Shown: positions 48,304-58,600 of the stretch, piece after piece
How the letters are laid out: each line of letters opens with the position of its first letter
How positions within the stretch are numbered: the stretch's first letter is position 1
NCBI GenBank assembly: GCA_041745765.1
Contig: JBGTIH010000062.1
Coordinates: 595 to 64,594, forward strand
Length of the DNA stretch: 64,000 nt
Direction: 5' to 3'
From: Pyrinomonadaceae bacterium
GTDB lineage: Bacteria; Acidobacteriota; Blastocatellia; Pyrinomonadales; Pyrinomonadaceae
Made by a program: the position numbers and the translations under genes
Notes under the pieces: model-generated
The model's database searches: none
What the model was told of the DNA's origin: nothing
Seen by the model: only the letters and a program-made list of their open reading frames with translations

Positions 48304-48562
48304 AATAAAATTAAAAAAGCCCTGCAACCGCCTACGGAAATCTTCCGCTATCGAACGCTTTTTCGCGGCTTCGGGAATATAAAATTAAGTTTTAATCTAT
48401 ATCAATTTACTGCAAATTTGCAAACTTTACAGCTTTTAAGATTGCCGGAGAAAAGAGAAATGGAACGCAAATATACGTGGATTAGGCATTTTTTGCTGAT
48501 TTTTATAAAAACAATCAGCGTAAATCCGCTAAATCCGTGTTCATCCGCATCCCATTTCTTAT

Positions 48563-49027
48563 TTATTTCCGAGCAACTTCTTTCTGAATTTTCATAACTT
48601 CTGCTATTGAAGCGAGGATTTTCTCCGTGAAAGATTTCGGTTTTACTTCGCAAACGGCGTGCAGTCCGAGCAAAACGTGAACAACTTTGATCGCACACAA
48701 CACGGTTTGATCAACATCTTTAACCGAAAATTGCGGATTTATGCCGAGATTTACGCGCGCCGTTTCATCGCACCACGCATCGGCATTTTCGAGCGCGATG
48801 GCTTCGGCAATTATTTTCGTGTCGGTTTCAGGCGGCAAATGCAGGATCATAGAACAATATTCGCCGTCCAAAGATAAATCGCTTTCCACACCGACCGTTT
48901 CGAGAAAACCTTCGCGCACGTCTTTTGCCATCGTCAGCAAAATCTTATAAGTTTCAGGAAATAATTCTTCCTGATCCTGAGGCGCAGAAATATGCCCGGA
49001 AATAGATAAACCTTTTTCCTGTAACAT
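48563..49027 (-). CDS. Hypothetical protein that vaguely resembles the C-terminal domain of a fold-type-I PLP enzyme
   Basis: 154-aa ORF. The family was not confidently recognised. Confidence 0.4.
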   Translation of the reverse strand: MLQEKGLSISGHISAPQDQEELFPETYKILLTMAKDVREGFLETVGVESDLSLDGEYCSMILHLPPETDTKIIAEAIALENADAWCDETARVNLGINPQFSVKDVDQTVLCAIKVVHVLLGLHAVCEVKPKSFTEKILASIAEVMKIQKEVARK

Positions 49028-49216
49028 TTTCCACGCCGACGGAATTCGCCAGGCGTGCAGTTTTGTCCCGCGAACAGGCGGACCGCCCGTTAATGCAAGT
49101 TCTCAGAATTTTTCCCAACGTCCGCGCCAACGACTCATTTTGTTTGAAGCTCCTTTATTTAATTTCTTAGAAACTGTTTTAAAACTCAATTGAATGACAA
49201 TGTGTAAGGAGAGAAT

Positions 49217-49316
49217 CTATCAACTGTCAATTATCAACTGTCAACTAAAATATCAGAAAAACCATCGCTTTATTTTCTGTAATTTTAGTGGATAGTTGAA
49301 AGTTTATAGTTGATAG
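49217..49316. repeat. Long-loop heptamer-word inverted repeat (CTATCAA/CTGTCAA arms)
   Basis: ctatcaactgtcaattatcaactgtcaactaaaat ... attttagtggatagttgaaagtttatagttgatag. Confidence 0.7.
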
Positions 49317-49404
49317 TTTAGTCCACAAACTTTGTGCAATATTTGAGTTGTAAAATAGCTTTTCAGTTAAGTTATTCGTCAAAAGTGTCGTTTTCGGATT
49401 CAAA

Positions 49405-50190
49405 TTAAATATTAAAAGTAACCGAAGCCCAAAAACTTTCCCATTCAAAACTTTTCGCATTCGAGTGTTTTCTAATCAAATGCGAACGAACAAACCAATG
49501 TCCGTTTTGCGTGATTTCGATTTCGGCGAAACCATTTTCGTCCGTTCGCGTATGCGCCGAATACTTTCCGCCGTTTAAGTTTTCCGCGCCGTTTGAAACG
49601 CGCAGGTTTTCGACCGGTTTTCCTTCAAATAAAACCTGCACGCGCATAAGTTTAGCGGAAATTTCCGTTAAAACGATTTCAAATTTGTGACCGATTTTTC
49701 GAGTAAAAACTTCCGTGTTTTCAGCGTTGTTTTTTACCAAAACCTTGGCAAATTTCGCATAACTTTCGCGCTGTTGCTCACCCGTTTCGCCGATCACGAA
49801 ATCCGGCGCGGTGAACATTTGCGCCGCTTCGTCTTCGATATAATGCGCGAATCTGTCGGCTTCGAGCGTGATCGGATGCGGCAATAATTCGATTGCGGCG
49901 ACAAACGCCGTCTTCGGTTTTTCTTCGACAATTGCCGTCAAAGATTTTCCTTCAACTGTAAAATTGGTGATATTTTGTACGCCGTTTTTCGATAAAACCC
50001 TGAATCCGGCGATTCTTTCCGTCATTACCGCAGAATCGCTGGCGGGAAAATCGTCGCCCGTATTGATCTCGATCTTCGTTTTCTCCGCCGTTTCATTTTT
50101 GCCGACGAGCCATAAATTATGCCCGAAAATCAAGCATAAAGAAGATAAAAAAGTCAGTATTTCAAGTAAATTAAAATTTTGAATTTCCAT
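49405..50190 (-). CDS. DUF4198-like periplasmic protein (metal-uptake accessory candidate)
   Basis: 261 aa. Signal peptide then GHNLWLV..., with an Ig-like beta-rich composition. It lies 3 nt downstream of the ABC ATPase gene. Confidence 0.6.
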   Translation of the reverse strand: MEIQNFNLLEILTFLSSLCLIFGHNLWLVGKNETAEKTKIEINTGDDFPASDSAVMTERIAGFRVLSKNGVQNITNFTVEGKSLTAIVEEKPKTAFVAAIELLPHPITLEADRFAHYIEDEAAQMFTAPDFVIGETGEQQRESYAKFAKVLVKNNAENTEVFTRKIGHKFEIVLTEISAKLMRVQVLFEGKPVENLRVSNGAENLNGGKYSAHTRTDENGFAEIEITQNGHWFVRSHLIRKHSNAKSFEWESFWASVTFNI

Positions 50191-50193
50191 TTA

Positions 50194-51675
50194 TTATTTC
50201 TCCGATAAAATTTCCAAACCGCCGTTTTGCATTGAAAAAACGCGGTGACACCAGCGTTTTAATAAATCGTGATCGTGGCTGACGAGGACGATTGCCGTGC
50301 CTTTTCGCGCGGTTTCGGCGAAAAGTTTCATAATGAGTTCGCCGCTCAAAACGTCGAGCGATGAGGTCGGTTCGTCCGCCGCGATGATTTTCGCCTCAGC
50401 CGTCAGAGCGCGGGCGATAGCGATGCGCTGGCATTGTCCGATTGAAAGTTCGGTCGGTCGCGCGTCTAAATTTACATTTTCCAGACCGACTTCGCCGAGT
50501 TTCTCTCTGGCAATTTCGCGCCGTTCAATTTTTAAAAATTTCTTCTTCCGGTGTTTTGCCGTCAAAGGTTCGGTGATGATTCGCCAGATCGCCCAACGCC
50601 GGTCAAGGCTTGCCAAAGAATCTTGAAAAACGGGCATAACAAAACCGTTTCGCGCGTTTCGGCTTAAAATTTTGCGCGTTTCGCCGTTTGAAACGAGTTC
50701 GCCGCCGAGATAAATTTCGCCTCTTTTCGGGGTTTCAATCGTTGAAACAAGCCGCAGAAGAGTAGATTTTCCGCAGCCCGACGCGCCGTAGATTCCGACG
50801 ATCTCGCCTTGTTTGATCTCTAAATTCAAACCTTCGATCAGTTCGTTTTGCCCGTAAAAATGACCGAGATTTCTTGTTTCCAAAACAGTTTTCGCGTTTT
50901 CCAAAATTTGCGCCGTTTCCCGGATTTTCAGATGCGAAACGGACAATAATTTTTTCGTATATGCGTGCTGCGGATTATGAAAAATATCACACGCCGCGCC
51001 GCTTTCGACGATTTTGCCGTCAAACATTACGGCAATCCGGTCGGCGTATTTTTCGACTAATTTCAGATCATGGCTGATGAGCAGAACGGCAGTTTTCAGC
51101 TTTCGCAAAGATTCCAAAACCGCTTGATTCAGCTCGGCATCGAGCGCGCTGGTCGGTTCGTCGGCGATAATCAATTTCGGCGAATGCGCCGCCGCCGCCG
51201 CGATTCCGGCGCGTTGCAGCATTCCGCCGCTCCAGGCGTTCGGAAATTGTCTGACTTTTGATTTTGCGTTTTCGATTTTGAGTTTTTCGAGCGAATTTTC
51301 AACCGCATTTTTCGGCGGAACAATTGAATGAACGCGCCACGCTTCACCGACAAAATCGCCGACCGTCGCTAGCGGATTACAAGCCGAAAACGGGTCTTGC
51401 GCAACAAATCCGATGACCAAACCGCGCAATTTTCGCAAAGTTTTTGCGCTCGAATTTATGATTTCTTTCCCGTTCGCAAAGATCGTGCCGTCAATTTTAG
51501 TTTTCGGCGGAAGAACGCCGAGCGCGGCGCGAGCCAGAGTTGATTTTCCGCAGCCCGATTCCCCGACGAGCGCGAAACATTCGCCCGCCGGTATCGAAAA
51601 CGAAACCTCGTCGAGTGCCCGTTTGCCGTTCGGATATGTTACCGAAACTTGTTGAAAATCAAGAACTTTGGACAT
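50194..51675 (-). CDS. Fused double ABC ATPase (NikD/NikE- or DppD/DppF-like)
   Basis: Two Walker A motifs (GESGCGKST, GASGCGKST) and two signature/Walker B sets (SGGMLQR...IIADEPTSALD, SIGQCQR...IAADEPTSSLD). The ATG at 51675 is preferred, because the longer start at 51693 lies inside the repeat element. Confidence 0.85.
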   Translation of the reverse strand: MSKVLDFQQVSVTYPNGKRALDEVSFSIPAGECFALVGESGCGKSTLARAALGVLPPKTKIDGTIFANGKEIINSSAKTLRKLRGLVIGFVAQDPFSACNPLATVGDFVGEAWRVHSIVPPKNAVENSLEKLKIENAKSKVRQFPNAWSGGMLQRAGIAAAAAHSPKLIIADEPTSALDAELNQAVLESLRKLKTAVLLISHDLKLVEKYADRIAVMFDGKIVESGAACDIFHNPQHAYTKKLLSVSHLKIRETAQILENAKTVLETRNLGHFYGQNELIEGLNLEIKQGEIVGIYGASGCGKSTLLRLVSTIETPKRGEIYLGGELVSNGETRKILSRNARNGFVMPVFQDSLASLDRRWAIWRIITEPLTAKHRKKKFLKIERREIAREKLGEVGLENVNLDARPTELSIGQCQRIAIARALTAEAKIIAADEPTSSLDVLSGELIMKLFAETARKGTAIVLVSHDHDLLKRWCHRVFSMQNGGLEILSEK

Positions 51676-51682
51676 TTCTAAA

Positions 51683-51788
51683 GTCAGAACCATCTGCGGT
51701 AGCGGATGGTTAAAAATAACTTTTCAAACCTTGGCAAATAACTCAAATTTTCGAGTTGAACCGCCCGCTACCGCAGACGGTTCTGACC
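51683..51788. repeat. Palindromic dispersed element, copy B (between the permease and ATPase genes)
   Basis: GTCAGAACCATCTGCGGTAGCGGATGGTT-46 nt-AACCGCCCGCTACCGCAGACGGTTCTGACC. The arms are the reverse complement of copy A with one mismatch. Confidence 0.85.
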
Positions 51789-51839
51789 TGTATATACAAA
51801 TATCTGCGTCCATCTGCGTTAATCTGCGGTTAAATTTTC

Positions 51840-52709
51840 CTATTCCGTCACATCCCGCAGAGCATTTCCGGTCAAATTTGCCGACATTACCGAAAGAAAA
51901 ATCGCCAGCGCGGGCGCGAACAGCAGCCACGGCGCGAATGTAAAAAACGAACGCGATTCGGCGAGCATCGCGCCCCATTCGGCGTTCGGCGGCTGAACTC
52001 CCAAACCGAGAAAAGAAAGCGACGCGAGCAAAATAATTATTCCGCCGAGATCGAGCGTCGCCACAATTAACATTTGAACGAAAACCTGCGGAAAAATATG
52101 TCCGATGACGATTTTTATCCAGCTGATTCCGCACAAACGCGCGACGATGACATCTTTTCTCTGTATTGAAATCCGCACAAACGAGCGCGCCAGACGCGTG
52201 TAAAAAGCCAGCGACGATACAAAGATCGCAAGCAACAGATTTTCAAAACCGACACCGAGAACGCCGACGATTCCCAGAGCTAAAACAATCGGCGGAAGCG
52301 CGAGAAAAACGTCAATCACGCGCATCGCGGCTGCGTCAATAATGCCGCCGATCATTCCGAAAAATGTTCCGAGCGCAATACTGACCAGCAGAATTAAACT
52401 CAAAACCAGAATTGCCGAACCGAGCGAACGAAGCCCGCCGCTCGCGATCCGCGTCAACAAATCGCGCCCGAACTGGTCTGTTCCGAACGGATGCGTCAGA
52501 CTTGGCGAAAGCAATTTTGCACCCGCAATTTGTTCGTCGGGCGAAAACGGCGAAACGAACGGATAAAGAATGACGAAAATTATCAATATCAATCCGACAA
52601 AAATTGCGAAACGCGCCGTTCGTTTTGTCCAGAGTTTTGCCAAAACGTGTTCGGTCGAAAATACCGGAATTTCTGTTCCGCGTTTCCAGAATGTCTCCAG
52701 CACGTTCAT
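51840..52709 (-). CDS. ABC permease, NikC/DppC-like
   Basis: 289 aa, 6 TM helices, binding-protein-dependent transport signature region. Confidence 0.85.
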   Translation of the reverse strand: MNVLETFWKRGTEIPVFSTEHVLAKLWTKRTARFAIFVGLILIIFVILYPFVSPFSPDEQIAGAKLLSPSLTHPFGTDQFGRDLLTRIASGGLRSLGSAILVLSLILLVSIALGTFFGMIGGIIDAAAMRVIDVFLALPPIVLALGIVGVLGVGFENLLLAIFVSSLAFYTRLARSFVRISIQRKDVIVARLCGISWIKIVIGHIFPQVFVQMLIVATLDLGGIIILLASLSFLGLGVQPPNAEWGAMLAESRSFFTFAPWLLFAPALAIFLSVMSANLTGNALRDVTE

Positions 52710-53659
52710 CAGTTTTGTGCCTCGCTGATTCGCGGATCAATCAATGCGCTTATTACATCAACCAAAAAATTCGCCGCCACATAAACAAGCGTCGCAAAAA
52801 CGATAAAGCCTTGCACGACCGGCAGATCACGCGCCGCGACCGCTTCGACGGCAAACGAGCCGATACCGTTCCAGGAAAAAACCGTTTCGACAATCGCCGC
52901 GCCGCCGAGCAGAGAACCGATGCCGACACCGACGACCGTCAAAAAAGGCAAAAGCGCATTCGGCAAAGCATATCGCCACAAAATTCGCCAACGCGTCGCG
53001 CCTCGCGCCTGCGCCATAAAAGAATATTCCGCCGACATTTTTTCGAGCAGATTGGCACGCAGAATCTGCGTCCAATCGAGCGCACGCGCCGTTGCCAGAC
53101 AAATCGCCGGAAGCCAAACGTCCGCCAAAGAAGTCGAAGAAATAACTTTTCCGATGCCGAAACCGACGACGACAAATTGCAGTAGAAAAAGCCCGAGCAG
53201 AAACGACGGAATCGCCGCGCCGGTTTGAGTTAGAAATTTAATCAGATGATCGGGAAATTTGTCGGCAAAATAAACGCTTGTCAGGCTCAAAACGAGCGAA
53301 AAGGAAATCGCCAAAACGAGCGAAACACTTGCCAGCATAACGGTTGCGGGAATTCTGCTGCCGATCTCGGCGGAAACCGATCTGCCGTTTTTATACGAAT
53401 TGGAAAAATCTCCGCGAACCGCTTTGGCGAGCCAATCGAAATATTGAATGGTTAAAGGACGATCTAAATTCAATTCCGCCCGAACCGCCGCGATTTCCGC
53501 CGGAGTCGGATTTTCAACGCCGCGCGATTGCAAGATCCGTTCCGGCGGATCGCCCGGCGCTAAGGGAAGCAAGCCCCAAATCAAAAGAGACGCCCCGAGC
53601 ATTGCCAGAATTGCTTGCCCGGCGAGAGTTAATATTTTTTTGAAAATCGAATTTTTCAC
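52709..53659 (-). CDS. ABC permease, NikB/DppB-like
   Basis: 316 aa. N-terminal ...LPLAPGDP... is typical of DppB/NikB permeases. Confidence 0.85.
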   Translation of the reverse strand: MKNSIFKKILTLAGQAILAMLGASLLIWGLLPLAPGDPPERILQSRGVENPTPAEIAAVRAELNLDRPLTIQYFDWLAKAVRGDFSNSYKNGRSVSAEIGSRIPATVMLASVSLVLAISFSLVLSLTSVYFADKFPDHLIKFLTQTGAAIPSFLLGLFLLQFVVVGFGIGKVISSTSLADVWLPAICLATARALDWTQILRANLLEKMSAEYSFMAQARGATRWRILWRYALPNALLPFLTVVGVGIGSLLGGAAIVETVFSWNGIGSFAVEAVAARDLPVVQGFIVFATLVYVAANFLVDVISALIDPRISEAQN

Positions 53660-53665
53660 TAAACT

Positions 53666-55219
53666 TTAATCGGCTTTTGTTTCAAAAGTTATATGAAACA
53701 TCTGCGGCGACGGCTGATAATTTTTGAATCTTTTGCCGACGACGGCTTTCGAACGCGAAAATCCGAGCCGCACGAGATAGGCTTTTTCGGTAATGATTAT
53801 ATCTTGAATTTCGCCTAAAATTTTGTTTCGCTCTGTTTCGTCAAATGTTCGGCTCAAAGTTTTAATTCGTTCGTCGAGTTCTGCGTCTGAAATTCCCGAA
53901 TGATTTTCTTCGGAATCGCTCGCATAATATCTCTGCAAGATCGGATCGGTTGCGCCGCCCGTCGTCAGATTTCCGTTTCCGAGAATATAAAAATTCCACG
54001 TTTTCGACAGTTTCAATTCACTCTGAATATCATCAACCTGCCGGATTTTAATAGCGAAACCGATTTGCCGAAGCTGCGCCTGAAGCGCGATGGCGAGTGC
54101 GGAAAAATCGGCTTGCTGCGAGTAAATAAGAATTTCCGCTTCGAGTTTTTTGCCGTTCTTTTCGCGGATTCCGGTTGAATTTGCAATCCAGCCGCTTTCG
54201 TCCAGAAGTTTTTTCGCCTGTTCAAAATCGGTTTTCTGATTCGGCTTTGCCCAGGGGAAATTCGGCGCGTAAAAACCATTCGCGGGCAGATAAATGCCGT
54301 CCATCGTTTCCACGGCGAGCGATTCGTAATTTATACCGAAACTGACGGCGCGGCGCACGCGTTCGTCGTCGAACGGCGCGATTTTCGTGTTAAAAAACAA
54401 ACTCGGTCCGCCCGTAGATTTGTCGCTCAATTTGAAAAAAGCGTCATCGCGATTTTCGAGCATTCGTTTATTCTGCGTTTGCGGATAGAGCGAAATATCG
54501 GCTTCACCGTTTTGCACGGCGAGAATCCGCGCTTGCGGATCGCTGACGAAAATAATCGAAACGCGCTCAAAAGGCGGCGTTCCCTGCCGGTAATACTCGT
54601 TTATTTCCATCAGCATTTCGCGTTCATCAACCGCCGCGATTTTATACGCACCCGTATAAACGCCTTTTCCCGCAAGTTTTAGCGTATCTGCTTCGACCTC
54701 TTCGACCGTTTCCACGTCATAGATCGGAAAAACCGTTTCGTCCGCCAGAGCCGAAGGAACGCTCGGGTTGGGAACTTCGGTCGTCAAAATAATTTCGTTT
54801 TCGCCCGTGTTTTTCGCGCTCGCTTTGCCCATCGCGACCTTTGTTTCGGGCGATTTTTCCAGATGCCGGTTCATCGCGCGGGCAAAGATTTCCGCCGTCA
54901 GAGGTTTTCCGTTTTGAAATTTGATGTTCGGACGAAGTTTGAGTTTCCAGTTTAATTTATCAATCTGTTCAAACGATTCGAGCAGCCACGGCTTGATTTT
55001 TCCGTCGGAATCGAGCCGCGCGGGAAGCTCCGCCGCGCCGAATTCGACCAGAAAATAATGCGCCGATTTAAGCGGATCGAGATGCTGAATCTTAAACGGC
55101 GTAACGACGCGCAGATGATTTGCGTCAGATATTTGATTCGTTTCAGACGAATTTTGACACGCCGAAAATAAGCAAATTAGTGCTGAGATCAGCGTGAAAA
55201 TTGAAAAATATGATTTCAT
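53666..55219 (-). CDS. ABC substrate-binding lipoprotein, family 5 (NikA/DppA-like)
   Basis: 517 aa with lipobox LFSAC and a family-5 SBP size and pattern. Confidence 0.8.
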   Translation of the reverse strand: MKSYFSIFTLISALICLFSACQNSSETNQISDANHLRVVTPFKIQHLDPLKSAHYFLVEFGAAELPARLDSDGKIKPWLLESFEQIDKLNWKLKLRPNIKFQNGKPLTAEIFARAMNRHLEKSPETKVAMGKASAKNTGENEIILTTEVPNPSVPSALADETVFPIYDVETVEEVEADTLKLAGKGVYTGAYKIAAVDEREMLMEINEYYRQGTPPFERVSIIFVSDPQARILAVQNGEADISLYPQTQNKRMLENRDDAFFKLSDKSTGGPSLFFNTKIAPFDDERVRRAVSFGINYESLAVETMDGIYLPANGFYAPNFPWAKPNQKTDFEQAKKLLDESGWIANSTGIREKNGKKLEAEILIYSQQADFSALAIALQAQLRQIGFAIKIRQVDDIQSELKLSKTWNFYILGNGNLTTGGATDPILQRYYASDSEENHSGISDAELDERIKTLSRTFDETERNKILGEIQDIIITEKAYLVRLGFSRSKAVVGKRFKNYQPSPQMFHITFETKAD

Positions 55220-55292
55220 TTAATTAGACATTATCGGAAATAAGATTGCTCCATTTCAATAACTTTTTTCTTTTGGCATTCCTTTAAATTGC

Positions 55293-55557
55293 CGTTGGCT
55301 TATGGTGTGTTCAAAATAAATCCGGTAATAAAAAGAAAGGCTTTCGGCTGGGAGCGCGGGCACCCTGCCTGCACCGTTCGAGGCTTGGCGAGAACGGCAC
55401 GCGCCCGTTTGTCACCGATAAACTTTCGAGTAATCAAGGCGTGCGTCCGTTCCTTGCTTCGCTCTGAACGGACGGGCAGGCAAGATGCCTGCGCTCCCGA
55501 CGTAAATGCTAACTTTTTTATTACGGCTTTTATTTTTTCAATGAACATTAGCCAACG
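55293..55557. repeat. ~265-bp nested palindromic element with a GC-rich core (MITE-like)
   Basis: ~45-bp imperfect terminal inverted repeats (cgttggcttatggtgtgttcaaaataaatccggtaataaaaag / cttttttattacggcttttattttttcaatgaacattagccaacg). The inner arms are gggagcgcgggcaccctgcctgcaccgttc / gaacggacgggcaggcaagatgcctgcgctccc. Confidence 0.7.
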
Positions 55558-55654
55558 ATAAGTTGATTCAAAACAAGGATTTAGACGAATAAATAAAAAT
55601 TTTACCTTTTTTACCTGGCTTTAGCCTACAGGCACTAAGAATATACAAACCTTA

Positions 55655-58600
55655 TTAAAAATTGACTTTCGCCGAAAGTTGAAACGAACGCGGTCCGCCG
55701 ATCTGATAGAGCGAACTCAAACCGCCGAGACCGTTGCCAAGCATCTGCACCGAACGTCCGAAATTAGCGTTCGGCAAAACACCGATCGGATTGGCAAAAT
55801 TCGGACGATTCAGGATGTTAAATCCATCGGCGCGAAGCTGAATGTTCAACGTTTCCGTGATTCCGAAAGTTCGTCTGAGCGACAGATCGAGCTGATTCGC
55901 GCCGAAACCGCGCAGAACGTTGCGTCCAAGCGTTCCTTGCCGGTTTTCCGACGCAGGCGGAACGACAAATGCATTGCGGTTGAAAATTCTTCCGCCGGGA
56001 GCGTTTCTGTCGTCAATATAGAGCGGTTGTCCCGCAACATAATCGGGGCGCAAAACGGTCGTCGTGCCGAGATTAAAGCGGTTTACGCCGGAAACGATGT
56101 TGACGGGCGTCGCGGTTCGCGCACGAAATGTCGCGTCCAAACCGAATCCGCCGAAGATCATTTTGCCGATTCCGTCTTTAAAAATCGAAGGAATTTCGTA
56201 AGAAACCGCCGCATTGAATGATTGCCGGATGTCGAAATTCGAATGTCCGTAATCGTTTCGCACGTCAAACGCATCGGTTCGCGCTTGAAGATTATTGTTT
56301 GCTTCTTCGGAAACATTGTCCAAAGATTTTCCGAAAGTGTAAGACGCGAGAACCTGCAAACCTCTGGAAAAACGGCGTTGATATTGCGCCTGAAGTGCGT
56401 TGTAATTTGAAAATCCGCCGTTGGTCGCGAGATCGATGCGCGGAAAATCCGCATTGACGCTGCGAATCGTTTCGGCGCGTCCGAGCCTTCGTCCGCGTGC
56501 GCCGATGTATGACAGCGAAAACGTATTATTTCCCGCAAAAGCCTTTTCAATCGCTAAATTATACTGCACAGTATAAGGCAATTTATAGCCGTTTTCGTAA
56601 GCAAAAATGCGCGGATACGGCGGATTCTGATTCACCGGCGGCGACTGCGCGGCAAAGGTCGGCGATGTGTAGGTTTGATTTGAAAGATTCGTGATGCTCG
56701 CAAACGGATAAACGCCCGTGCTGAAAGCCGTTCCCGCAAAATTGTAGCCGAGATCGTGAAAAATGCCGATGCCGCCGCGAATTACCGCGTCGAATTTCGG
56801 CAATTTATAGGCAACGCCGAAACGCGGCGCGAAATTATTAAAAGTCGTTTCATAAAAACGCGTGCCGGCGGGCGCGAGCGTAACTTTTGCAAAATTCGAC
56901 AGATCCGTGACGGTCGGCGGCAAGTGTCCGTTTTTTTCGTCCGGCGCGGGAACGACTTCGTAGCGCAAACCGTAACTCAAGGTCAGATTCGGATTGACGC
57001 GCCAGGTGTCCTGGACAAACGCCGAATAATTATCATAAATCGGCAGAAGTTCGAGCTGCGGCGCAATGATCGTCGCCGATGAAGGCGTATTGGCGACTAA
57101 ATTGGCAATCGAACCGGGAAGAAATTGGCGTTTGTAAAAACCGCTGAAACTTGCCGGAAAAAGTCTGCGATAATCAAAACCGAATTTGACGGCGTGATTT
57201 CCGACTGTCCAATTCGTCGTATTGACGATGTTAAATTGTCGCTGGCGAAAATCCGAAAAAAGCCCGTCGCTCAAGGTGTTTGAACCCGAAGCGTTGACTT
57301 CAATTAAAATATATCCTTGCGAACCGTTCGTAAATGAAGGATAAAGCGCGGCTTGCGACGGAACGACCGCACCGCCGAACGTATCTAGAAAATAGGTCTG
57401 ATTCGATTTCGATTTGCTGATATTGACGCGCAAATCGTTAGAAACATTTGCCGAAAAAATCATCGTTGAACCAATCGTCAAAGTCTGCGTTTTTGAAGTC
57501 AAACGACCGACACAGCTTGCCGCGCAAAATCTGGCGCGTTGGTCATCCTGCGACGGCGAATAATTATAACGCCCGAAAATGTTGAATTTCTCGTTAATTT
57601 GATGGTCAATCCGAAAACTCGTCGCGTCCAATTTCGCAGGATTTGTAAAACTGGCGATATACGGCGCGACATTCGGATTCGATGCGAGCGGCGCGCCCGT
57701 CGGAAGCGGAAAGGCGCTTAAAATTTCCTTCAAAACTCCGGTCGCATTATTTCGCGCTTCAATCGAAGGAACTTGCAGAGGTTCGCTGACAAACGGCTGG
57801 CGCAGGCGCAATCCTTCATACGAAAAAAAGAAAAATGTGCGATTCCGCCCGTCGAAGATTTTCGGAATAAAAACCGGACCGCCGACAAATGCGCCGAAAT
57901 TATTCTGGCGAAGCGGTTGCCGCGCTAACCGATTGGCGTTGGCAAACCAGTTGTTTGCGTCGAGTTTGTCGTTCCGTAAATAATTGAACACGCTTCCGTT
58001 TAAACGGTTCGTTCCCGAACGCGTCACGAGCGAAATCTGTCCGCCCGGCTGACGACCGAATTCCGCCGCGTAAGTCGAAGTTTGAATCGAAAATTCCTGC
58101 ACCGCATCAATCGAAGCGAGGCTCGCCGTCGTTCCCAAAACCGAATAAGCCGGAACTGCGCCGCCGAGTGCTTCATACGGCGTGGTTGCCGCGACCGAAC
58201 CGAAATTTCCGCTCACGCCGTCAACTGTCAGATAATTCGAACTCGTCCGCTGTCCGTTGACCGAAAATTGTCCCGGATTGACGAGATTCGACGGCGTAAT
58301 GACAACGCCGGGCGACAATTCGACCAGATTTTGAAACGACCGACCGTTGAGCGGCTGGTTTGCGATAAATTGGCGGTCAACGACCGTTGAAACCGCCGGA
58401 GAATCCGTTATAAGTTCGGTTGAAGTAACTTCGACGACTTCGCTGACCGAAGACACGCGAAGCTGTATCCGCAAGCTGCTCTGGTCATTGACATTTAAAA
58501 CGATTTTTGACTGCGAAACCGCAAAGCCTTGTGCCGCGACGGTTAAAATATACGCACTCGGCGGCAGTTGCGAAAACACAAAACTTCCATCAGCGTTGGT

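Noticed and set aside
49028-49138. An upstream in-frame extension of ORF 48563-49027 (MSRWRGRWEKF-TGA-ELALTGGPPVRG…), considered as a possible selenoprotein or interrupted gene.
   Set aside because: The extension has no recognisable homology. The only nearby hairpin (GGCGG-T-CCGCC) cannot form. The ATG at 49027 gives a self-contained ORF. This is most likely coincidence.
55289-55561. A pair of 82-90-aa ORFs on opposite strands in the receptor-nikA spacer.
   Set aside because: They are mirror images generated by the nested palindrome, have no start context, and have repeat-derived composition (…GRQDACAP… type).
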